Part shown: piece by piece, positions 49,639 to 64,000 of the stretch
Numbering within the stretch: the first letter of the stretch is position 1
Layout of the letters: each line of letters begins with the position of its first letter
DNA from: the human T2T-CHM13v2.0 reference genome, Homo sapiens
Direction: 5' to 3' (one strand)
DNA: 64,000 nucleotides
NCBI RefSeq assembly: GCF_009914755.1
Contig: NC_060932.1
Notes under the pieces: generated by a model
Told to the model about the DNA's origin: nothing
The model's database searches: none
What the model saw: the letters and a program-made list of their open reading frames with translations, nothing else
Translations under genes and position numbers: made by a program

Positions 49639-50625
49639 GATGAGTCTTTATGAAGCAGAGCCTGTGTCAGGATGTCAGTGGAAAACAAAAACATGATTTA
49701 AAATTTTATGCAATGTAGGATCTCAACATTAAACAAAAAGGATTAAGTATATTGGAGCAAACATGCCAGAATGTCACCAATGCTCTGGGAGGTAGAAGAG
49801 GGAGGATTTCTATTTTTTCTTTATTATATGTTTTTGTATTTTCCTAATTTTTTTTTTCAAAAATCATGCAGCCAGAAAAAAATTAAAAAGTTTAAGTGTT
49901 AGAATAATTTTATAGAAAGCCTACAAAATGAGCCGAGTTTTCATAATGACACAAAGAAAAATAAACGATGTGTAAAGTCTATACTAAGGCTTAAATAACA
50001 AAAGAGGATGATACAGAATGTTTCATAAGTCAGTATGTTGTAACATCACAGTATATTCAAACAAACAAATTCCACTGGTCTGCATAGAAATGTGTTTTTT
50101 TAAATCAGTGATTTAGAAAACAATGATGTCATGATTCTAGACAAGATTCTAGCATAATCTGTATAGGGTGCTTAGATGCTACAAAATGCCTTCAATTTAT
50201 CTGTTATTGTTTGTTGTTGTTAATGATCATAAAGAATGAGGAAGAAGATTAAAATTTAAACCAAGTGACTTGTGTGGAGATTCAAGCATCTCTATCCAAC
50301 CAATCTTCCTTAGCCTAATATGGAATATTAATCTTTATATTTATCTCCTTACTTTCCCTAACACAGCATTAATTGCAACATTTTCTTCATTTTACTCCTC
50401 ACAGTCTTTAATGTAGTAAGTTCAATTCTCTATTCCAGTTGTAGAAACTTCAACTTAAGGCCCAATTTTTCCACACTATCCTCTTCCTCAGTACGAAGAT
50501 AAATTGTAATTATCAAAAAATTAACACAAAGCAATTAGAAAAACAATCAACTTCCACCCACCTGTAAGATGATAAGCTCTCAAAGAACAGTGACATTGCC
50601 TTTTATTTTGCAATAAGCAAAATAA

Positions 50626-51003
<378 letters not shown>

Positions 51004-51977
51004 AGAATTTTTTTTTCAATTTAAATTACTTACACATCAGACTGCTCTCCAATTTGTTTTTAAACTTAACATAAGCTTAATAAACTTATTAAACTTAAAA
51101 ATTTCACACTTATCTTTCCATGGGATTAAATAAGCATTTATATTGTTATTTTAATGGCTTCAAAAATGTCTTTAAAATGTCAACAAACTTAATTCCTGTA
51201 AGGTATATAGGTTGTTTCCAATTTTCCCCCATTGTAAACAATTCTGAAAAGCAGTCAATAAGTAAATAAATTACTTTCCTAGAACCAATTCTGAAAAACA
51301 GAATTCCCGGGTGGAAGGTGTTTGCTCTCTGCTACAGCTGCTGTAATTTACCAAGGAGCTGTACATATGAGTGCTGTTTCTTATTCTTCGCCAGTACCAG
51401 GTGCTACCATTAAGAAATAAGCAAGAACTGAGAGCACATTATTTTAACTCATATTTGGTAAACATTTTTCATATATTCCTTAGTCCTTCATATATTTCTT
51501 TTCTGTCCATCCACTTATTTTTCCCTTTCTTTTTGTTTAGTTTTTTTAATTGTGGCAAGAACACTTAATGAGATCTACCTTCTCAACAAAATTTTAAAAG
51601 AACAATATAATATTGTTAACTGTAGGCACAATGCTGTAACAAACATCTCGAAAACCTTTTCGCCCTTGCATAACAAACCTTGTACCATTGAACATCAAGC
51701 TCCCATTCCCTGGCAACCACCACTCTACTCTGTTTCTGACTTTGACTATGTTAGATGCCTCCTATAAGTGGAATCATACAGTATTTGCCCCATGACTGGT
51801 TTATTTCACTTAGCATAGTGTCCTCCAGCTTTATCTGTATCACAGCATATGGCAGGACTTTCTTCTTTTTAAAGGCTGCGTAATACTCCAGTGCACATAT
51901 ATGCCATATTTGCTTTATCCTATGGACACATTTAGGTTGTTCCCACATCCTGGCTATCATAATGTGGCAATGACCAT

Positions 51978-53287
51978 TGTTGCAGGGAGTCAGGGACCCC
52001 GAATGGAGGGACCGGCTGGAGCCACGGCAGAGGAAACATAAATTGTGATGATTTCATGGACATTTATCACTTCTCTAAAAATACTCTTATAATTTCTTAT
52101 GCCTGTCCTACTTTAATCTCTTAATCCTGTTATCTTTGTAAGCTGAGGATGTACGTCACCTCAGGACCCTGTGATGATTGCATTAACTGAACAATCTGAT
52201 TGCAAAATGTTTATTTGAACAATATGAAATCAGTGCACCTTGAAAATGAACACAATAACAGTGATTTTAGGGAACAAGGGAAGACAACCATAAGGTCTGA
52301 CTGCCTGCGCGGTCGGGCAGAATACAGCCATATTTTTCTTCTTGCAGAGAGCCTATAAATGGACGTGCGAGTACGAGAGATATCGTTAAATTCTTTTCCT
52401 AGCAAGGAATATAACATTAAGACCCTAGGAAAAGAATTGCATTCCTGGGGGTAGGTCTATAAACGGCCGCTCTGGGAGTGTCTGTCCTATGCGGTGGAGA
52501 TAGCTTGGCCGGGTGCGGTGGCTCACGCCTGTGATCGCAGCACTTTGGGAGGCTGAGGCGGGCAGATCACGAGGTCAGGAGATCGAGACCATCCTGGTTA
52601 ACATGGTGAAACCCCGTCTCTACTAGAAATGTAAGAACTTTGCCTAGCGTGGTGGTGCGCACCTGTAGTCCCAGTTAGTAGTCCCAGGCAGGAGAATGGC
52701 GTGAACCTGGGAGGCAGAGCTTGCAGTGAGCCGAGATCGCGCCACTGCACCGCAGCCTGGGTGACAGAGCCAGACTCTGTCTCAAAAAAAAAAAAAAAAG
52801 GACTGAGAGAGATACGCCCTGGTCTCCTAGTCTCCTGCAGTACCCTCAGGCTTACTAGGATTGGGAAACACCAACCCTGGTAAATTTGAGGTCAGACCGG
52901 TTCTCTGCTCTCAAATCCTGTTTTCTGTAAAGATATTTATCAAGACAATACGTGCACTGCTGAACATAGACCCTTATCAGGAGTTTCTGATTTTGCTCTG
53001 GTCCTGTTTCCTCAGAAGCATGTAATCTTTGCTCTGCCTTTTTCCCTTTGAGGCATGTGATCTTTGTGACGTACTCCCTGTTCATACACCCTCTCCCCTT
53101 TTCAAATCCCTAATAAAATCTTGCTGGTTTCGCGGCTTAGGTGGACATCACGGACCTACCAATATGATGTCACCCCTGGAGGCCCAGCTGTAAAATTCCT
53201 CTCTTTGTACTCTTTCTCTTTATTTCTCAGACCGGCCAACACTTACGGGAAACAAAAATAACCTACATTGAAATATTGGGGGCGATA
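51978..53287 (+). mobile_element. MER11 (HERV-K11/HML-8) solo LTR with 6-bp TSD GACCAT, containing an AluY
   Basis: Begins TGTTGCAGGGAGTCAGGGACCCCGAATGGAGGGACCGGCTG; TATAAA near 52355 and 52458; AATAAA near 53112; GACCAT at 51972-51977 and 53288-53293. Confidence 0.88.
52507..52799 (+). mobile_element. AluY-like nested in MER11
   Basis: Alu dimer with local rearrangement at about 52665-52690. Confidence 0.88.
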
Positions 53288-54133
53288 GACCATGGGAATG
53301 CAAGTATCTCTTCAACATCCTGATTTCTATTATTTTGGTAAATAACGCCTTATCAGACGTATGGTTTGCAAATGTTTTCTCCTATCTCATAGGCTGCCTT
53401 TTCATGCTATTAAATGACTGCTTTGCTCTGCAGATTTTTAATCTGATGTACTCCAACCTGTCTATTTTTGCTTTTGTTACCTGGGCTTTTGGTGTCATAC
53501 CAAGAAAAATGACATGAAGTTTTGCCCCATGTTTTGTTTGAGGTGTTTTATAGTTTCAGATCTTATATTTAAGTCTTTAATCCATCTCGAGTTGATTTTT
53601 GTGTACTGTGTGAGATAAGGGTCCAATTTCATTATTTTGCTTGTGGATGTCCAGTTTTCCCAGTACTATCTACAAAAAGACTATCCTTTCCCTATTGTGT
53701 ATTCTTGGCACACTTGCTGAAGATTAGCTGACCGTATATGCACGGATTTATTTCTAGACTATTTTATTCCATCGGTCTATGTTTCTATATTTGTGCCAGT
53801 ACCATACTCTTTTAATTACTGTGTGTTGTAATATACTTTAAAATCAGGAACTGTGATGCCTCCAGCTTTGTTCTTTGTCAAGATTGTTTTGGCTATTTGC
53901 AGTCCTCTGTCATTCTATATGACTTTTGGGATTGTTTTTTCTATTTCTTTAAAAAAATGACACTGGGATTTTGATAGGGATTGCACTGAATCTGTAGATC
54001 TCTTTGGGTGGTATGTCCATTTAGCTTCTATTATAGAGTTGTCTTTATCTTGCTGATTTGACAGAGCTCTACACAGAGTATGTGCTAATATAACCTCAGT
54101 TTGTTCTTTGCTTATAAATACTGTTTCTAATGA

Positions 54134-54454
<321 letters not shown>

Positions 54455-56699
54455 TAAAGCTTTTGTTGTCCTAATTATTAATCGTTTCTATTATACTAGT
54501 GTTCCTGGAAAGATCTTTTCTACTTAAGTCTATATTCTTAGTGTTTTAATTACTTTGTGTGTTTAAAACTAATTTATCTGAAATACTTTGTATATATGTG
54601 AAAAAGATCTAGCTCCTGCTAAAAAGGTAGTCACTGTCTCAAGAAGATTTACTAAATGATCCACTCCTCACAACCCCCAACACCAATTTGAAACAAAAAT
54701 GTATCCCATATGAAAAGAGCATCTGTGTTTTAAGTATAGGGGGAAAGTTATGTTAATCATAAAACAACAGTGAAAAAACAGCCTTCTCTCTACTCTCACC
54801 AGAAGAAACCCTGGCAGCCTCGGCATCACCTCATCAGCAGGTTTGCAACTTGCAACCACTTCCCAGCACTTGGCAAAAGAAGGCAAGAAAGCCGCCCTGT
54901 TCTCCTGTGATGTCTTTACTAAGTAACTGCGGAAGGACCAGTGCATTTTCTACCTTCCAAGGCAGACACTCTGGCACCTGAGAGTGATGATCTTGTGTAA
55001 ACCAATCAGGGTACTGGATAAATACAGCTCTGATGCCTCTGGTATGCCAGTGGCTTTAGTGTATGGTAGAACCAAGGTAATAATAGTATTCTGTGGTATG
55101 TGTGACATCTTCCTTATCAGCAGTAAGCCAAGATTTTTTTTAGAGTCAATATCAACTACAATCTTGCAGCGTCATAACGTTTAAATAAATTACAACAGTT
55201 AGACCCCAAGAGGTTGGTTCTTGACTTTAAGCAGTCTTTCCTGCTTGCTTTAGAGATTTAAAATAATTCAACTTCCTGGAAAAGAACCCTAAAAATAAGC
55301 CCCTAGAATTATAAAAACAATGTAAAAGATCGCCATCATTACCGTTCCTAGCAGCTGACTTAACTATTATTTGAGAACCTTTTATAAAACAATTCTATGA
55401 TGTCATACTATTGCCTTTCTGGGAATTATTTCCCCAATATTCCCATGTCTCCAAACGAGAAATTTGAGACTTGGAGAGGCTTAGCAACTAGCCCAAGGTC
55501 AGGACACAAATAGAAAGCAGCAGGACGAAGGTTTAAACCAATATCCCGTGCCTTAAAAGTTCGTTCTCCTCCTGCTTTTCTACATTGTCTTATGAGATAA
55601 TGTAATTTCTTTAATTGATAAAGGTCAAGCTAAAACAATGATGTAACATTTTAAACTATTATGTTAGTCAAAAAAATTTAAAAATAATATCCAATGTTGA
55701 CCCAAGGTATGATGAAGCCAGGTGTCTTTTATGTCAACCACGGTATAAAATGATATGAAGCTTTTGGAAAACAATTTGGCTATTTGAGTGAAGTGACTGT
55801 AAATGGGTACATATTGTGATTTCCTGATACTACTTTTAATAATCTATCACAAGAAATTGAAAGTTGAAAGTGCTAATTGTATACATGTTCATCATAGAAT
55901 CATTTATGAATGTGATACAGAAGCACCCTAAATATTCAAAAGTAGTTAAATGTTACTGTATCTGCTAAATGTAAAAGTGATTACTATATGTTAAATGACA
56001 AAGCAGGATATACACTTATCTAAATTTCATTTAAAACGACAAATTTTAAAAAGCTGAAGGGTGATTTCTAAACTACATGCTAAACTTTTTGAAGTTTGGC
56101 AAACTGCTATAATTAAAAGTGATTATTTTACTAGAACTAAGGAATATGAAGTTGGTCAACTCAACTGTAATCTCCACCACTACTTACAGCTTTAAAATAA
56201 AAATATCTCAAAGCCATAGTACAACGATTAAAAATTTACACTCAGAGGAACATGTTTATGTGTGGAGGCAATGTCTTCTGTATCAGCTAAAATATGACTC
56301 ATTTCCAGCAGAATATGAAAAAAGTCAAGGTGATTTTCAGTCACAGAATATCACAGTAGGGAGAAATCTAGAAATCCACCCTTTCAGTTACATAGAAAAC
56401 TATTATCAAAGAGGTTCAATGATCCACCCAAAGTCACTGGCTTTTCAGCATCATTTTTCAGCATCAAAGTCGTCTTTCCAAAGCAAACACACTTTGTTGT
56501 GGTCCTCTGTCCACACAGTAACTTTTCCTCACTAGGCTCCTCATAATACCAGGTTAGTCTTAAGTCATGATAATAACTAACCATCGAGAAGAACCTGGGA
56601 AAGTCATGCTTATGGTTTCGGGAAAATACAGAGGCCTACCACACAATCTAGATTAAGCTGCAATGTTGACCCCTTAGAATACATTCTATATATACAGAG

Positions 56700-57740
56700 T
56701 CATCTATAGATTCAATGTAACAGAAATTATTAGAATTGGAATTATTAGATTACATTCCTAAAATCTCACCTGACTTCATTACAGAGATTGACAAGCTGAT
56801 CCTAAAATTCATACAGAAAATCAAGGGACCCAGAATAGCCATAACTATCTTGAAAAAGAAAGACGTTGAATGACTCACATCCTGATTTCAAAACTTACTA
56901 ATCAAGACAGTGTAGCACTGGCAAAGGTAACATATAAATGCAAAGAACACAATTTAGAAATCAGAAATAAACCCTCACATTCTTAACCAATTATTTTTAA
57001 CAAAGGTGCCAAGGCATTTAAATGGGGGAAATACATGTCTTCAACACCTGGATGTCCATGTGCAAAAAAGAATTAGACCTTCTATCTCATACCATATAAA
57101 AATGTAACTCAAAATGAATCAGAAACCTAACTATAACAGCTAGAATAGCAAAAAAAACTTAAATGAAAACACAGGCTTAAATCTTCACAACCTTGGATTA
57201 GGCAACTGTTTCTGAGATACAATACCAAAAGCAGAAGCAACAAAAGAAAAAAAGTTGATAAAGTGGACCTTGTCAAAATTTAAAACGTTTGTGTTTCCAA
57301 GGACATTATCAAGAAAGTGAAAACACACCCAAGAATTGGGAGAAAATATTTGCAAATGATAACTCTGACAAGGGTCTAATATCAGACTATACAAGAACTC
57401 CTACAATTCAACAATAAAAATGACCCAGTTTAAAACCGGCAAATGATTTGAATAGACACTTCTCCAAAGAAGATATACAAATGGCCAGTAAGCACACGAA
57501 ATGACACTCAATGTCACTGGCTGTCAGAATGCAAATTGAAACAACAATGAGGTATCACTTCATACCCAGTAGGGATAGCTATAATAAAAAAGACAGACAA
57601 AGCCAAGTGTTGGCAAGGCTGTGGAGAAACAGGATTCTTCATACACTCCTGGTGAGGATATAAAGTGGTCCAGCCACTTTGGAAAACAGCCTGGAGGTTT
57701 CTTAAACTGTTAAACACAGAGCTACCAATTGAGCCAGTTT
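56700..57740 (+). mobile_element. L1M ORF2 3' fragment, decayed
   Basis: gacaagctgatcctaaaattcata...caagggacccagaatagcc...caaagaagatatacaaatggcca. Confidence 0.85.
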
Positions 57741-58009
57741 TCTGATAATGGTTAACTAATTTTTAAACAAAGCCATTCCATAGAATATTAGCTATCTTTT
57801 TTCCCCAGATATTAGGATGTACCAGAAACTTAAAAGGAAATAAAAGCCTAAATGTGTACAGCAGAGTTTCTTCTGCATTTTTACCCTATAAAGGCTTTAG
57901 TAACCACATATATTCACACTCAGCATCCTGGGGATCTTTAGAACTTAGATCATTCTGCATGGCTGTCTTCCTAGCTTTAAGAGCCTACAAAAGGTTACGA
58001 ATTCTGAGA

Positions 58010-58398
<389 letters not shown>

Positions 58399-58719
58399 TC
58401 ATGTTATTCATGATGTAATGTTATCCCACCCTGTTTTCTTTACACAACAGGCTCAGAAATTTATACCTCTTGCCCAGGTTTCCCTCACATGACAGCCTTC
58501 AATCCGGACCTCTCTTCTAGGACAAGACAACCCTCCTTCCTAGAACTCAGTGCATTTGTGATTCATGTCTATTTGAGCAGGTTTTTTATTTTATTTTTTT
58601 AACTATCCTATTAGCTCTCCAGAGACAAGGCCCCTGCTCATTCTTCGGTCAGGACTGCATCCTTAACACCTGACACTCACAATGTGTGAACAAACTGTAG
58701 TCAACATTCTGTAACATTA

Positions 58720-61355
<2,636 letters not shown>

Positions 61356-61478
61356 TACCTTCGTTTCTTCTGATTTGCTCTTCTAATCTGCCATGGATTT
61401 AGAAGGCACATAACTGTTTTATCACTGTATATAAAATAAGACAATGTAGGCAGTGTACAGGAGACCTTATCTATCTAG

Positions 61479-61985
<507 letters not shown>

Positions 61986-62366
61986 TAAAAATATAGGCTG
62001 CTGAACTGGGAAAAGGTGCTAAAACCAAATATTGAGACCACTTAAAAATTAAGGAATATCCAATTTCAAAATAGCATTGATCTTGGGGGAAGTACATTTT
62101 CCATTTCATTTAGACCACATTAACAAAATCATTTTTTAAAAGACTATAACTATCTATTAGTAATACAATGTCCTTTCATGCATTAGATGGCCAGTCATGC
62201 TTACCGTATTTTAATGCTATGCGACCCGTCATAAAAAGTTAGGTTTACACCTCAAATTGGAAATTCTACTTATAAGCACACCAGTAAAAAATCACTGTAA
62301 ATACTTGTAGTAACATAACTTTACAAAAAGATTCTTTTTATCGCCATCCATAAAGTGGTCACTCAC

Positions 62367-62405
62367 CTGCATTAAGAGCTGTAAATAAATTTTTTCTCGA
62401 AGGAC
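62367..62405 (-). CDS. MTUS1: MTUS1 39-nt internal exon of longer isoforms (phase 1-1): (G)PSRKNLFTALNA
   Basis: tttcttttatatcttag|GTCCTTCG...AATGCAG|gtgagt; gives ...[20 protein letters not shown] when joined to exon 33686, as recalled for long ATIP isoforms. Confidence 0.92.
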
Positions 62406-64000
62406 CTAAGATATAAAAGAAACATGTAAAATACATATGTTTTATTTGACATATCACATAAAAACAAACCATGTTGATAAGAATTATTTTCAAAAACAAT
62501 CAATCGCTACATTTCAGGTTCCCGGTGGGAAATATCACCGAGATTCAACCAACTTTTGTCAAGTGCATTTTAAATATAAGGTGATATTTCACATAACATC
62601 AAAATGTTTAAGTATGATATGAAGTCACCACAAATTAAATAGGACCAGTTTTAAAAGGAAAAGCCGCAGTATTTTTTCAGTCAAGAACAGCTGAAGTTCA
62701 AGTTTTAACAGTACTGAATTCACAGACTGTGCACATATGCCATTCTGCTGCCGGGAGAGCAGAGGCCAGACTTCACGAAGGACAGTCACTCCCGTGTGCT
62801 TTCCGAAACTACCCGTTTCTATTCAGCTATGAAGAAAAATAGAAGTTTTTCCTCCAAACTGATAAAATATAAAATCAGGAGGGGTAATAGGTACACAGCT
62901 GTAAGTCACTAAAAGAAATCTATGATGCTTCTACTTAACATGAAATAGTTGTTTCTAGGACATAATCATCTGCAGATACCAGTCAGAACAGCTACCATGT
63001 TCTATCTGAAATTTTACAGAGATGATGATCTCTTAAAATACGTGGCTGTTATCAATGGAAAGCACTGATTCCCACACAGGTAAAACTGTTGCGACATAAC
63101 CTATCCATTCAATAGTGAGGCATTTTAGAATTCTGAGTCTCCTGTTCTACAAAGCTGTCCATGGAATCTCATTCTCTGCAAGTTATTTTAGTATCAAAGT
63201 TCAACAGCGTTAACTTCATTATTGCTGTGTGGATCATGGGGCTTTATCATCATCAATAAAAAACCACAGTTTTCCAACCTGATGTCAACTCAGCAAGAGG
63301 TCATTTGGTGCCTCCGAAATTTGATTAACTCCCTAGGCAAATGACAACCTGCTGCACACTGAAGAATTCAACCCACTCCTAAAATTCATGCCTATTTTCT
63401 CTTCAATTCAGTACAAAGAAAAGGTATTGACATACATTAACCAGCCTCAAGGTACCATATTATCCTTTAAACACACACACAGAGAGAGAGAGAGACATGT
63501 TAAGGAGGATGCTGTGACAGAGTAACATCTCTGAGAAAGTTACTAATAGATATTAACAATCCAAAGAGTTTCATGCAGGTTAACCCAGTAATTCCTCCTT
63601 CTGGGATATCCACAAGTAACCAGAATCTGAAACAATGAATCTTGACTCACATTTGAAGAGGTTCATCTCAGTATTAATAAACCCCAATAAAAGTCAGAAG
63701 TTGCCCACTATAAACTGAAGTGGACAACCATAGAATAGCCATTTAAAGTGAAGAAGCTCTCCTGATACACTACTAACTTAATAAAAAGCAAGATACAGAA
63801 GAGTATATTCATTATTACCTCAGTTTTGCTGGAATAAAAACAAAACAACATATACATACAGAGGAAAAAAGTCACAAGGAAATGTGACAGCAATTGCTGG
63901 TTGACAGAATTAAGGAAGACTCTTTGTTTCTGTGTTTTCCAAATTCTCTAACATAAATGTGGGTCTCATTTTATAGGTCAAGTTTCTCACTCACAATTAT

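Larger units (their letters stand above)
51540..54025 (-). mobile_element. L1MA/MB fragment split by the MER11 LTR
   Basis: Reverse L1 3'UTR at 51540-51977 resumes after 53288 (gttgatttttgtgta...tgtgatgcctccagctttgttc). Confidence 0.8.

Overview
Human/primate genomic DNA, repeat-rich, covering the central-to-3' part of MTUS1 (ATIP, 8p22) on the minus strand. I reconstructed nine coding exons by hand, with splice sites and reading phases that all join in frame. Six form a shared coiled-coil module (33472-33686, 24350-24416, 5014-5216, 3710-3815, 2574-2647, 2335-2430); the gene continues beyond base 1. Three different N-terminal inputs feed this module: (i) a 39-nt internal exon of the long isoforms (62367-62405); (ii) the ATIP1 first exon (46401-46521), a basic, acid-free presequence-like peptide behind a cluster of upstream ATGs; (iii) an 18-codon intronic first exon (25440-25493) that the ORF track misses, encoding MGCPSSKLCLYSPCAATR, a canonical N-myristoylation/palmitoylation signal. 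The third is the most interesting signal. Other items: a GC-AG intron, the MADE1-derived MIR548V hairpin, an AluYa5 nested in an AluJ, a ~280-bp non-repeat retro-insertion with TSD inside a MER5 element, a MER11 solo LTR, a near full-length Tigger1 and about 30 Alus. Gene and repeat names come from my recall of the sequences, not from database searches. Repeat boundaries are approximate unless a TSD is given.
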